Part shown: one piece after another, positions 30,041 to 40,130 of the stretch
Layout: every line of letters begins with the position of its first letter
Position numbering within the stretch: the stretch's first letter is position 1
Assembly (NCBI GenBank): GCA_026004495.1
Contig: BPJG01000001.1
Coordinates: 350,858-414,857 of the forward strand
Reading direction: 5' to 3'
DNA: 64,000 nucleotides
DNA from: Candidatus Parcubacteria bacterium
Lineage (GTDB): Bacteria; Patescibacteriota; Minisyncoccia; UBA6257; HR35
Made by a program: the position numbers and the translations under genes
Notes under the pieces: model-generated
The model's database searches: none
Told to the model about the DNA's origin: nothing
The model's input: only the letters and a program-made list of their open reading frames with translations

Positions 30041-30520
30041 ATGGAGTTAGAAGTTTTTATAGAAATTTCAAAAAATAGTTCCGTTAAATACGAATTTGAT
30101 AAAGAAAAAAATATATTGAAAGTAGATAGATTTTTGTATACTGCAATGTTTTTTCCTTTCAATTATGGTTTTATTGTTGATACCCAGGGAGAAGATGGAG
30201 ACCCTGTTGATGCTTTAATTTTATCTGAATTTTCAATTTTACCCGGAAGTTTAATTAAATGTCAACCAATCGGAGGTTTAGAGATGGAAGATGAGTCAGG
30301 TAATGATGAAAAAATAATTGTTGTCCCCTTAGATAAAATTGATCCATTTTGGTCTAAATATAAAAGTATTAATCAATTAGAAGAAAGTTATAAAAATAAA
30401 ATTAGACATTTCTTTGAAAATTATAAAACTCTTGAACCTAATAAATGGGTAAAGATAAATAATTGGTTTGATTATGATAAAGCTGTTGAAATTATTAAAA
30501 AATCTCTTATTAAAAAATGA
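30041..30520 (+). CDS. ppa: Inorganic pyrophosphatase (family I)
   Basis: KYEFDK, NYGF, DGDPVD, DEKII, HFFENYK. Confidence 0.96.
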   Translation: MELEVFIEISKNSSVKYEFDKEKNILKVDRFLYTAMFFPFNYGFIVDTQGEDGDPVDALILSEFSILPGSLIKCQPIGGLEMEDESGNDEKIIVVPLDKIDPFWSKYKSINQLEESYKNKIRHFFENYKTLEPNKWVKINNWFDYDKAVEIIKKSLIKK

Positions 30521-33500
30521 TTAATTTTCATAAAATTGAAGAAAAAATATTGAAATTTTGGAAAGCTCATAATATTTTCGAGAAAAGTGTTGAGGCTAAT
30601 AAAATGAATAAACCATTTGTTTTTTTAGATGGGCCTCCATTTGCTAATAATAAACCTCATATAGGACATTTTTTAACTAGAATTTATAAAGATATAATTT
30701 TGAGGTTTAAAACAATGACTGGTTATTATGTTGAAAGAAGGGCAGGTTGGGATACCCATGGTTTACCAATAGAAATTGCTACTGAAAAATCCTTAGGTTT
30801 TTCTAGTAAAAAAGAAATTTTAAGTTATGGTATTGAAAAATTTAATCAAAAATGTAAAGAATTGGTTATGAAATATAAAGATCAGTGGGAGTATTTTGAT
30901 GAAATAAGTGGTTTTTGGATAGATCATCAAAGAGCTTATATTACTTATGATCCTTATTATATGGAAAGTTGTTGGTGGATAATTAAAAAAATATATGATC
31001 AAGGATTTTTAAAAGAAGAATATAAAGTTTTTCCCTATTGTCCCAGATGTGAAACTGTTCTTTCTCAAGCTGAAGTTGGTCAAGTAGATGCTTATAAAAA
31101 AATTAAAGATCCTGATTTATATGTTAAATTTAAATTAAAAAACAGACAAAATGAATATTTTTTGGTTTGGACCACTACTCCATGGACTTTAATTTCTAAT
31201 TTAGCTTTAGCAATTAATCCAGAATTTGATTATAGTTTATACGAAATCGAAGATAAAAAATATTGGGCAATAGAAGGAATTGAAAAAAAACTTGAATTAA
31301 TGTCTAAAAAAAATATAAGACTAATAACGACCACAAAGGGAGAGAACCTTATTGGCTTAGAATATGAACCACTCTTTAAGTTGGTAAAATTAGAAAATTA
31401 CGATAATTGCTATAAGGTTTATCCAGCTGATTTTATTAGTAAAGAAGAAGGAACAGGAATTGTTCATATAGCCCCAGCATTTGGTGAAGAAGATTTTGAA
31501 TTAGGTAAAAAATATAATTTACCCATATTTAATCCTATTGATACTAATGGACGATTTAACTCAGATGAACCTCAGCCAATTATTGATGATATCAATAATC
31601 TTTTCTTTAAAGAAGCTAACTCATTAATTATTAATTATTTGAATAATCTAAATCTAATTTTTTACTATGATTTAGAAGGATATGAACATGATTATCCTCA
31701 TTGTTGGCGTTGTAAGGAGCCATTAATTTATTATAGTACTAAAAATTGGGTGATTAAAGTATCAAAGTTTAATAAAAGATTAATAGAATTAAATAAAAAA
31801 ATTAATTGGGTATCTCCAGAAATAAGTAATCGTTTTTTTGAATGGTTAAAAGAAGGGAAAGATTGGAATTTATCTCGTAATCGTTTCTGGGGAATACCCT
31901 TGCCTATTTGGAGATGTGAAACTTGCGGTTCTATAGAGGTTATTTCAAGTTTAAAAGAATTGGGAAATAAATTCAAATCTAAAAATAATTATTATTTTTT
32001 AAGGCACGCTGAAGCATATAGTAACCTCAAGGGTATATTATCTTCTTATCCTGAATTATTTTTCAATCCCCTAACTTACAAGGGCATTAAGCAAGTAAAC
32101 TCTCTTGTTAATAAAATAAAAAATTTAAATATTGATTTGATAATAACTTCTCCACTTTTAAGAGCTAAACAAACAGCAGAAATAATTGCTCGAAAATTAA
32201 ATTTGCCTGTTTTGATTAATTTTGACTTAAGAGAAATTGATTTTGGAAATTTTAATGGTAAATCAGAAAAAGAATATCAAAATTTAATTAAAGATCAATT
32301 TCAAGAATATTTTGTTAAACCTACAGATGGAGAAAATTTAATTGAAGTTAAAAGAAGAATGATTAAAGTTATTTTAGATTTAGAAGAAAGATATGATAAT
32401 AAGAATTTTTTGATAATTTCCCATCAAGATCCCCTTTGGACCCTATTTGGAGAAATGCAAGGATTATCTATTGAACAAACTATTAATACTAAAGAATTTA
32501 TTCTTAAATTAGGTGATCTTAAAAAGGTAGAATTTTTAATTTTGCCTCGTGATGAAGAGGGAGAAATAAATATTCATCGACCCTATGTTGATAATTTTAT
32601 TTGGAAATGCAAGTGTGGTGGTTTTAAAAAAAGAGTTGAAGATGTAATTGATATTTGGTTTGATTCTGGCAGTGCGACCTTTTCTTCTGTCCATTATCCC
32701 TTTGAAAATAAAAAAGAAATTGACGAAGGGAAAAAATTCCCAGTAGATTTTATTGTTGAAGGCGTTGATCAAACCCGTGGATGGTTTTATACTCTATTAA
32801 CTGTAGGTTACTTAGTAAAAAAAGAAATATCTTATCGTAATGTAGTTTCATTAGGTTTAGTTTTAGATAAGAATGGAAGGAAAATGTCTAAATCTTTAGG
32901 TAATACTATTGATCCATTTGAGGCAATCGAAAACTGGGGTAGTGATCTTTTAAGATTTTATTTTTGTTATGTTAATGAATCGGCTGATAATAAAAAATTT
33001 GACGAGAAGTCATTATCCAGCTTAAGAAATAATTATTTCAATATAATTTTAAATATCTTAAATTTTTATCGAATGTATAATGATCCAAATAAAATAAGAA
33101 TTACAAAAAGCAATTATTTATTAGATAAATGGTTTGATATAAGGTTTAGGTTAGCTTACTATAATATTTTTAATTATTTAGATAATTATAATCTTAATAA
33201 AGCAAGCAGAGAGCTTGTTGATTTAGTTGATGATTTCTCTCGTTGGTGGCTAAGAAGAAGTAGAAATAGGTTTCAAAGGCCAAAGAATAAACTTGAAAAA
33301 AATATTGCTCTCTCTAAATTAGAAGATTATCTTTTAAATTTAGCAATTATTTCTGCGCCCCTTAATCCTTTTTTTAGTGAATATCTTTATCAAGAAATGA
33401 AAAATGAAATTAAAGATAAAAGAAAGGGTAAATTAAGTGTTCATTTAGAAAAATTAAATCTACCTCAAAAAATTTCAACTAAAGAATATGAAATTTTAGA

Positions 33501-34011
33501 GAAAATGAAAGAAATAAGAGAAATTACTTCAATAATTTTGATGATGAGAAAATCAAATAACCTTAAAATAAGACAACCCCTTAATGATGTTTATATAGCC
33601 AAAAAAATACCTGTAGAATTTTTAGATATTATTAAAGAAGAAGTTAATGTTAAAAATATTTATCTTGGAGAACCACATAATAAAGAAAATTATTTGATAA
33701 CAGATAAACCAGTAAATATTTATTTAAACAAATTAATAACACCTCAACTTAAAGAGGAGGGTATAACTAATGATTTTATTAGATATTTGCAGGATTTAAG
33801 ACAAGACTTAGGATTAATACCAGCTAAAAAAGTGAACGTCCATTTGATTATTAATAACAATAATTTAAAAAAAATAATTTTTCGAAATATCAATAAAATC
33901 CAAAGAGAAACTAACACTAAAATATTTTTTAATAAATCCAAAAAATTTAAATTAGAAAGGGATTTTAATTATGATAATTTTGGTAAGGTAATTATTTTTG
34001 TTGATTTTTGA
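30517..34011 (+). CDS. ileS: Isoleucyl-tRNA synthetase (IleRS2-like) with inserted histidine-phosphatase domain
   Basis: DGPPFAN..HIGH, GWDTHGLPIE, WTTTPWT, EGVDQTRGWF, KMSKS; insert with LRHAEA. Confidence 0.95.
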   Translation: MINFHKIEEKILKFWKAHNIFEKSVEANKMNKPFVFLDGPPFANNKPHIGHFLTRIYKDIILRFKTMTGYYVERRAGWDTHGLPIEIATEKSLGFSSKKEILSYGIEKFNQKCKELVMKYKDQWEYFDEISGFWIDHQRAYITYDPYYMESCWWIIKKIYDQGFLKEEYKVFPYCPRCETVLSQAEVGQVDAYKKIKDPDLYVKFKLKNRQNEYFLVWTTTPWTLISNLALAINPEFDYSLYEIEDKKYWAIEGIEKKLELMSKKNIRLITTTKGENLIGLEYEPLFKLVKLENYDNCYKVYPADFISKEEGTGIVHIAPAFGEEDFELGKKYNLPIFNPIDTNGRFNSDEPQPIIDDINNLFFKEANSLIINYLNNLNLIFYYDLEGYEHDYPHCWRCKEPLIYYSTKNWVIKVSKFNKRLIELNKKINWVSPEISNRFFEWLKEGKDWNLSRNRFWGIPLPIWRCETCGSIEVISSLKELGNKFKSKNNYYFLRHAEAYSNLKGILSSYPELFFNPLTYKGIKQVNSLVNKIKNLNIDLIITSPLLRAKQTAEIIARKLNLPVLINFDLREIDFGNFNGKSEKEYQNLIKDQFQEYFVKPTDGENLIEVKRRMIKVILDLEERYDNKNFLIISHQDPLWTLFGEMQGLSIEQTINTKEFILKLGDLKKVEFLILPRDEEGEINIHRPYVDNFIWKCKCGGFKKRVEDVIDIWFDSGSATFSSVHYPFENKKEIDEGKKFPVDFIVEGVDQTRGWFYTLLTVGYLVKKEISYRNVVSLGLVLDKNGRKMSKSLGNTIDPFEAIENWGSDLLRFYFCYVNESADNKKFDEKSLSSLRNNYFNIILNILNFYRMYNDPNKIRITKSNYLLDKWFDIRFRLAYYNIFNYLDNYNLNKASRELVDLVDDFSRWWLRRSRNRFQRPKNKLEKNIALSKLEDYLLNLAIISAPLNPFFSEYLYQEMKNEIKDKRKGKLSVHLEKLNLPQKISTKEYEILEKMKEIREITSIILMMRKSNNLKIRQPLNDVYIAKKIPVEFLDIIKEEVNVKNIYLGEPHNKENYLITDKPVNIYLNKLITPQLKEEGITNDFIRYLQDLRQDLGLIPAKKVNVHLIINNNNLKKIIFRNINKIQRETNTKIFFNKSKKFKLERDFNYDNFGKVIIFVDF

Positions 34012-34012
34012 T

Positions 34013-35065
34013 TTAATTAATTAAATAAAACTTACCTTCTTTATTTTTAATAATTTTTTTAATTTCCATATGGGTAAGGATAACTAGTAAATCAGAAATA
34101 CTTAATTTTGTTTCTTTATTTATTTCTTCAATTGATTTAGCTCCTAATTTTAGGCATTCATAAATTAATTCTTCTTGAGGTGACAACTTAATATTAATTA
34201 ATTTATTTTTCAAGTCATAATTAAAATTAAATTCAGATAAAATATCATCTATTGAGGTAACTAATTTAGCTCCTTGTTTTATTAAGTTATGGCTTCCTTC
34301 AAAATTTTTATTTGTTATTTCTCCAGGAATAACAAATATTTCTTTACCAAATTTTAAGGAATAATTGGCAGTTATTAATGAACCTGAATTTATAGGTGCC
34401 TCTATAATTAAAACGCCATCGCTTAAGGCTGCAATAATTCTATTTCTTAGTGGAAAATGATATGGTAGAGCTGTTGTAAAAGGAGAAAACTCTGATATTA
34501 TTAGCCCATTATTTTCTAATATTTTTTTTATTAAATTTCCTTTATCAGATTTCAGAGCTATCCCAATTCCCTCACCTAAAACAGCAATTGTTTTGCCCTC
34601 ATTATTAAAAGTAGATTTGTGAGCAAAAGTATCAATTCCATAAGCTAAACCACTAATAATAGTAATTCCCAATTCAGATAATTGACTAGCAAATTTATTA
34701 GTTATTAATGTGCCATAATTTGATGGTTTTCTTGTTCCAACTATAGCTAATGACAGATTAGGGTTTTTAATTAAATCTATATTACCTAATAAATATAATC
34801 CTAAGGGTGGGTTATCAATATTTTTTAAACTATTAGGATATTCAGCATCTTTGAATTTTAAAATTTTTACTTTTAAATTTTCAAGTTCCCTTCTTTCTAA
34901 ATCTAAATTAATCCCCCCTATATTATTTTTATCTTCTAATAATTTAAAATATAAATCTTTAAAACTTTCCAATTTATGATATAATTTAAATATTCTTGGT
35001 TGGTAAGGTTTAAAATTTTTATTAATAAAATTAAAATATAAATCTTCTAAATTCAAATTTTCCAT
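34013..35065 (-). CDS. dprA: DNA-processing protein DprA
   Basis: AIVGTR, ISGLAYGID, FPLRNRIIAALS, SGSLITA, C-terminal wHTH. Confidence 0.96.
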   Translation of the reverse strand: MENLNLEDLYFNFINKNFKPYQPRIFKLYHKLESFKDLYFKLLEDKNNIGGINLDLERRELENLKVKILKFKDAEYPNSLKNIDNPPLGLYLLGNIDLIKNPNLSLAIVGTRKPSNYGTLITNKFASQLSELGITIISGLAYGIDTFAHKSTFNNEGKTIAVLGEGIGIALKSDKGNLIKKILENNGLIISEFSPFTTALPYHFPLRNRIIAALSDGVLIIEAPINSGSLITANYSLKFGKEIFVIPGEITNKNFEGSHNLIKQGAKLVTSIDDILSEFNFNYDLKNKLINIKLSPQEELIYECLKLGAKSIEEINKETKLSISDLLVILTHMEIKKIIKNKEGKFYLIN

Positions 35066-35129
35066 TAATTATTTTTTTAAATTTTAATTATACTATAAAG
35101 AAATTAAATTTTTATTTACTAATAAAATT

Positions 35130-37040
35130 ATGAGCTATAGGGCAGAAGATATTCAAGTTTTAGAAGGCATCGAAGCTGTCAGAAGAAGACCTGGAATGTA
35201 TATCGGAAGCACCGGTAAGGATGGATTACATCATTTGATTTATGAAATTGTTGCTAATGCTATTGATGAAAGTTTAGCCGGTTTTGCTAAAAATATAGAG
35301 GTTAAAATATTAAAAAATAATAGGGTTTTAGTTTCAGATGATGGTAGAGGTATACCAGTTGATATTCATCCTAAAACAAAAAAATCAGCATTGGAAACAG
35401 TTCTAACTTATTTACACGCAGGTGGAAAATTTTCTCAAAAAATTTATAAAGTCGCAGGTGGGCTTCATGGTGTTGGCTTATCAGTTGTTAATGCTTTAAG
35501 TAAGTATTTAAAAGTTATTGTTTTTCGAGATGGATATGAATGGTCACAAGAATACGAAAGAGGAGTACCAAGGTTTCCTTTAAAAAAAATTAGAGCTTCC
35601 CAAAAAACAGGAACAATAATAATTTTCGAACCTGATTCTAAAATATTTAATGAAATTGATTTCGATCGCCAGATTATTTTAGATTACTTAAGGCATCAAA
35701 ATTATTTAACTGGTGGTTTAAGAATTAATTTTTATGATGAAAGAGACAATTTTAGTTATGGTTTTTATAATGATGGTGGCCTTATAAGTTTTTTAAATCA
35801 TTTAATTAAATTTAAAAAATTAATTAACGAGCATCATATTTATCATAAAATAGTTGATGATAATAAAGAATTAGAGTTTTGTTTTAATTATGTTGAATTG
35901 CCAGAAACTCAAGAGTTAGCTTTTACTAATAATATTCTTAATCCCGAAGGAGGAACTCATATTGTAGGCTTTAGAAATGCTTTAGTTAGAGTCTTTAATG
36001 ATTTAGCTAAAGAAATTAATATTTTTAAGGGTAATAAAAATTTAATTACTGAAGACATCCGTGGGGGTTTATACTTAATTATTTCTATTAAAATACCCGA
36101 ACCTCAATTTGAAGGACAGACAAAATCAAAATTAGGTAATCCTGAAGTAAAAAATTTTGTTGAAAGTAGAGCTTATTCATTTTTAAAAGAATACTTTAGT
36201 AAAAATCCTCAAGAGTTAAAAAATATATTAAATAGATTATTAATTAACATTGAAGCTCGAGAAGCAGAAAAAACAGCTAAAGAAAGTATTTTTAAAAAAA
36301 GAATTTCAATTTCTTTGACTCTTTCTGGCAAATTAGCTGATTGCTCAAATAGAGATTTTTCAAAAAGAGAATTATTTATAGTTGAAGGTGATAGCGCTGG
36401 TGGTAGCGCTAAGCAAGCTCGTGATCGTACCCTTCAAGCAGTTTTACCCTTAAGAGGAAAAATTTTAAATGTTGAAAAATCAAACCTAGCAAAGATTTTA
36501 AAATCAAAAGAAATTAAAGATTTAATAATTGCCTTAGGAACTGGTGTGGGTAAAGATTTTAATCTTGAAAATCTAAGGTATTCAAAAATAATTATTGCAA
36601 CTGATGCTGATTCAGATGGTAATCATATTAGAACATTGTTGCTAACTTTATTTTATAGATTTTTTAAACCCCTTATTAATGGCGGTTATATTTATATAGC
36701 CCAACCACCTCTTTATAAAATTCAGATTGGCAAAGAAAAATTATATGCTTATAATGATAATCAAAAAGATAAAATTATTAGGGAAAAAATTAATAAAAAT
36801 AATTTAAATAATCGCCAGCGTTTAATTGAAGTTCAAAGATATAAAGGATTGGGAGAGATGAATCCCGAAGAATTATGGGAAACCACTCTTGATCCAAATA
36901 AAAGAATTCTAAAAAAAATTACAATCGAAGATGCAGAAAAGGCTGATCAATTTTTTTCTATTTTAATGGGTAACGAAGTCGAGCCAAGAAAAAAATTTAT
37001 CGAAATATATGCTAAAGAAGCTAACAACCTTGATATCTGA
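35130..37040 (+). CDS. gyrB: Type IIA topoisomerase subunit B (gyrase B)
   Basis: VRRRPGMYIG, DDGRGIP, GGLHGVG, EGDSAGG, PLRGK, DADSDG, RYKGLGEM. Confidence 0.95.
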   Translation: MSYRAEDIQVLEGIEAVRRRPGMYIGSTGKDGLHHLIYEIVANAIDESLAGFAKNIEVKILKNNRVLVSDDGRGIPVDIHPKTKKSALETVLTYLHAGGKFSQKIYKVAGGLHGVGLSVVNALSKYLKVIVFRDGYEWSQEYERGVPRFPLKKIRASQKTGTIIIFEPDSKIFNEIDFDRQIILDYLRHQNYLTGGLRINFYDERDNFSYGFYNDGGLISFLNHLIKFKKLINEHHIYHKIVDDNKELEFCFNYVELPETQELAFTNNILNPEGGTHIVGFRNALVRVFNDLAKEINIFKGNKNLITEDIRGGLYLIISIKIPEPQFEGQTKSKLGNPEVKNFVESRAYSFLKEYFSKNPQELKNILNRLLINIEAREAEKTAKESIFKKRISISLTLSGKLADCSNRDFSKRELFIVEGDSAGGSAKQARDRTLQAVLPLRGKILNVEKSNLAKILKSKEIKDLIIALGTGVGKDFNLENLRYSKIIIATDADSDGNHIRTLLLTLFYRFFKPLINGGYIYIAQPPLYKIQIGKEKLYAYNDNQKDKIIREKINKNNLNNRQRLIEVQRYKGLGEMNPEELWETTLDPNKRILKKITIEDAEKADQFFSILMGNEVEPRKKFIEIYAKEANNLDI

Positions 37041-37572
37041 AAATCTATTTACATTTTTAGCTCTCTCTCTGACAACTCTATTTTTATATTTGACTTATTT
37101 AAATTATAATTTTTTAATTATTTTCTTATGTTTTTTAATTTTTTTTAATTTTTATTTTCTCAGAGGCTCAGATTTTATTTTTTTTACTTTAATTAGCCCT
37201 CTTGTATTTTATTTTCTATATATTTTATTCAAATTTAATCCACTAATAATTACATTTATTTGGATAGTTTATTATTCGTTTTTATTAAGAAATAATTTTA
37301 ATGCTTCATTAATTTTAACATTTTTAATTATTCTTCTTATTTATGGTTTATTAAATTATTTTAATTTCTTTTTTATTTTTTTAGTTTTTATTATATTTAG
37401 CTTTTTAATTTTCTTTTTTGTTTTTAAACAAAATTTTAATCAAGGTTTAATAAACACTTTAATTATTAGTGAATTTTTTTGGCTAATTTATTTTTTGCCT
37501 TATAATTATTACTTTGGATTAATTAGTTTATTTTTATTATTTTTATTTTTAGCTAAATTTAATTTTAAATAA
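37009..37572 (+). CDS. Hydrophobic membrane protein
   Basis: Nearly all-hydrophobic ORF between gyrB and a zinc-finger gene; start uncertain. Confidence 0.6.
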   Translation: MLKKLTTLISENLFTFLALSLTTLFLYLTYLNYNFLIIFLCFLIFFNFYFLRGSDFIFFTLISPLVFYFLYILFKFNPLIITFIWIVYYSFLLRNNFNASLILTFLIILLIYGLLNYFNFFFIFLVFIIFSFLIFFFVFKQNFNQGLINTLIISEFFWLIYFLPYNYYFGLISLFLLFLFLAKFNFK

Positions 37573-37594
37573 TTATTTTGTTATAATATTTAAA

Positions 37595-37921
37595 ATGTTA
37601 AATATTTCAGAAATAAAAAATAATCTTTTAAAAGAAAGAGAAGAAATTATCTTTATTTTAGAAAGCTTAGAAAAGGAGATGAAAAATATTAAAGAAAGAC
37701 AAGAATATGAATTTTCTGATACCTCAGAAAGCTTTGAGGAAAAGCAAGATATTCATATAAAAAAAGAATTTTTAGAATCAAGATTAAATTTAATTAATAA
37801 AGCTCTAGAGAGAATTAATAATAATACCTTTGGCTTATGCTTAAAATGTGGTAAACCTATTGAAGAAATTAGATTAAAAATAGATCCCACTTTTGAATAT
37901 TGTCGCGAGCACTCAAATTAA
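37595..37921 (+). CDS. TraR/DksA-type zinc-finger protein
   Basis: Coiled coil, ALERI..TFGLCLKCGKPI..RL..P..YCREH. Confidence 0.88.
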   Translation: MLNISEIKNNLLKEREEIIFILESLEKEMKNIKERQEYEFSDTSESFEEKQDIHIKKEFLESRLNLINKALERINNNTFGLCLKCGKPIEEIRLKIDPTFEYCREHSN

Positions 37922-37925
37922 TTTT

Positions 37926-38363
37926 TTATTTACTAAAATAAATAATTATTTTATCTACTCGGGGAGAAGAAAATTCATTACAACTAGCTAATAATATTTT
38001 ATATTTCAAATATCTTATTCCTTGATGGATTTTATTGTTTAAAGAATAAATTTGATAAGGATTAATATCTATATAATCATTAGAAAAATCAGGACCATAA
38101 AATATCCAAGGTCCACTACTTGAAATTGAACTAGCTATTTGAAAACCAACGAAATGATTGTTATCTCTTTCACCTTGCCAACTTATTTTTGTAAGATTGT
38201 AAGAATTTCCTAAATCAAAAATTGGAGATTCTAAATAACCAGACGAGATAGCATTATTTAAATTACAATTATTTTGAGAATCAACATAATTATAAATAGC
38301 CAAACTAATAACGAAAACTAAAAAAATCTTTAATTTTTTTAAACCAGTCATTTTTACTTTCAT
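37926..38363 (-). CDS. Small secreted beta-sandwich hypothetical protein
   Basis: Signal-like N-terminus; SGYLESPIFDLG, RYLKYKI, SPRVDKI; start uncertain (overlaps ftsA). Confidence 0.6.
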   Translation of the reverse strand: MKVKMTGLKKLKIFLVFVISLAIYNYVDSQNNCNLNNAISSGYLESPIFDLGNSYNLTKISWQGERDNNHFVGFQIASSISSSGPWIFYGPDFSNDYIDINPYQIYSLNNKIHQGIRYLKYKILLASCNEFSSPRVDKIIIYFSK

Positions 38364-39447
38364 AATTATTTTCTCTTGTAATTAAAGCACAGCCGGCTGA
38401 AGCTGAATATTTTAAAATATCTTCATCTTTTTCAAAGATTTTTAATTCATCTTTACAAAGCTTTAAATGAATATCAAAAAGATTTTTTAATAAATTATCT
38501 AAATCAATAATCTTGGCAAAACTGCCAGTCAAGATAATTCCTGAAGGTAATTTATAATATGATTTTATTTCTTTTAAATATTGTTTTAAATTATCTCTTT
38601 CGAAATAGTCTTTAATTTTCTTTTCAATAAATTTTTTTATTTTTATATTTTTATTTTTATCTTTAATTAGATGATTATTAAAAAAATCTATTTTTATTTT
38701 TTCAGCTTCTTCAACATCAGCCTTAAGATAAATAGCCAAATCTTGAGTTAAGTTTTCACCTCCAAAATTAAATGATTTATAATGAATTAATTTACCATAT
38801 TGAAAAATAGCTAAAGTTGTAATTTCTGCTCCTAGATCTAAAATTCCAACACCTATTTCCTTATCTTTTTTATTTAAACATATTTTACTAGCAGCATAAA
38901 AAGAAGGACAAAATTTTATATTATTTATTTTTAATTCATTAAATATATGTCTAATTTTATCTAAAATATTTTTTTGACAACTAATAAAAAAAACTTCGAC
39001 ATCTAATCTTCGACCAGCAAAACCTAAAGGATCTCTTATTTCTTGATTATTATCTAAAATAAATTTTATAGATTCTTCTAATAAGATTTCTTGATTATTA
39101 ATTATTAAAGAAGTACGAGCAGTGTTTATTGCTTTAGTAATATCATTTTTGGTTACATTATTTTCAATAAAGGTATATCCTTTCTGGGTATAATTTTGAA
39201 AATTAGGCAAGTTAAGACAAACTGTAAGTTCATTAATTTTATTAATATTAAAACTATTTATCGTATTGTATATAAGGTTTTCAAGTAAATCAACAAGTGA
39301 TTCTATTTCTAAAATTTCTCCCCCCTTTAAGTATTCATTTTTAATGCTTTGATTATGAATGATAAATTTTCCAAAATTATCTTCTTCTAAAACACTTAAT
39401 TTAATTTCATGATGACCTAAATCTAAACCAAAATATAAATCCCTCAT
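38305..39447 (-). CDS. ftsA: Cell division protein FtsA (divergent)
   Basis: GLDLG, GGEI, DPLGFAGRRL, LDLGAEIT, GGENLTQD, IILTG. Confidence 0.85.
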   Translation of the reverse strand: MRDLYFGLDLGHHEIKLSVLEEDNFGKFIIHNQSIKNEYLKGGEILEIESLVDLLENLIYNTINSFNINKINELTVCLNLPNFQNYTQKGYTFIENNVTKNDITKAINTARTSLIINNQEILLEESIKFILDNNQEIRDPLGFAGRRLDVEVFFISCQKNILDKIRHIFNELKINNIKFCPSFYAASKICLNKKDKEIGVGILDLGAEITTLAIFQYGKLIHYKSFNFGGENLTQDLAIYLKADVEEAEKIKIDFFNNHLIKDKNKNIKIKKFIEKKIKDYFERDNLKQYLKEIKSYYKLPSGIILTGSFAKIIDLDNLLKNLFDIHLKLCKDELKIFEKDEDILKYSASAGCALITRENNYESKNDWFKKIKDFFSFRY

Positions 39448-39716
39448 CCTTCATATTTTATCTCTTTAATATAACGTTTAGCCATATCTAGGGCTTTTTC
39501 TAGGTTCCAACCTTCTTTTAATTTCTTTTCAATGAATGATTTAATTTTTAATCGATATAATCTGAATTCATACTTTCTTCTCTCGTTCCATTTTCTTGTT
39601 TTAAACATTCTTTTTTTAACTTCTAATGGTATTCCACTTTTTTGATAACGATTTGTGAATCTTTTTAAAAGTTGAATATTAGATTCACCTTTTATTTTTT
39701 TAGCCTTAACTTTCAT
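39444..39716 (-). CDS. rpsU: 30S ribosomal protein bS21 with C-terminal extension
   Basis: KGES..LLKRF...QKSGI..EVKKRMF bS21 pattern; 90 aa. Confidence 0.75.
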   Translation of the reverse strand: MKVKAKKIKGESNIQLLKRFTNRYQKSGIPLEVKKRMFKTRKWNERRKYEFRLYRLKIKSFIEKKLKEGWNLEKALDMAKRYIKEIKYEG

Positions 39717-40122
39717 ATTTTTTTATAATTCTATAAATCTCCTCTACTGATTGTGAGGGAGGGTTATAGACAACTGAATGAATTGATCCGCCCTTATCAT
39801 TATTAAAGCGAGGAATAATATGAATATGTAAATGATCAATTAATCTGCCAGCTAATTTACCTTCGTTAATGCCAATAGTAAAGTTATCAGTCTTTAAACT
39901 TTTTGATATTATTAAAATAACATCTTTAATTATTGAAATTAAATTTTCAGCTAAGCTTTCGGGTATTTCCAAAAGGTTAACGTAATGATTTTTAGGTATA
40001 ATTAAAGAATGACCTGGTGCATGAGGCTTAATATCTAAAAAAGCTATAAAATCATCATTTTCTTTTAAAATAAAAGAAGATATATCTTTTTTTGATATTT
40101 GACAAAATATACACTTATCCAT
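39706..40122 (-). CDS. HIT family nucleotide hydrolase
   Basis: CIFC, AFLDIKP, GHSLIIPK, HLHIHIIPR. Confidence 0.95.
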   Translation of the reverse strand: MDKCIFCQISKKDISSFILKENDDFIAFLDIKPHAPGHSLIIPKNHYVNLLEIPESLAENLISIIKDVILIISKSLKTDNFTIGINEGKLAGRLIDHLHIHIIPRFNNDKGGSIHSVVYNPPSQSVEEIYRIIKKYES

Positions 40123-40130
40123 CGCAATAA

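Noticed and set aside
39738-39746. Canonical GAGGAG upstream of rpsU
   Set aside because: More than 20 nt from the ATG, explained by Glu-Glu codons of the HIT gene, and the 16S has no CCUCC to pair with
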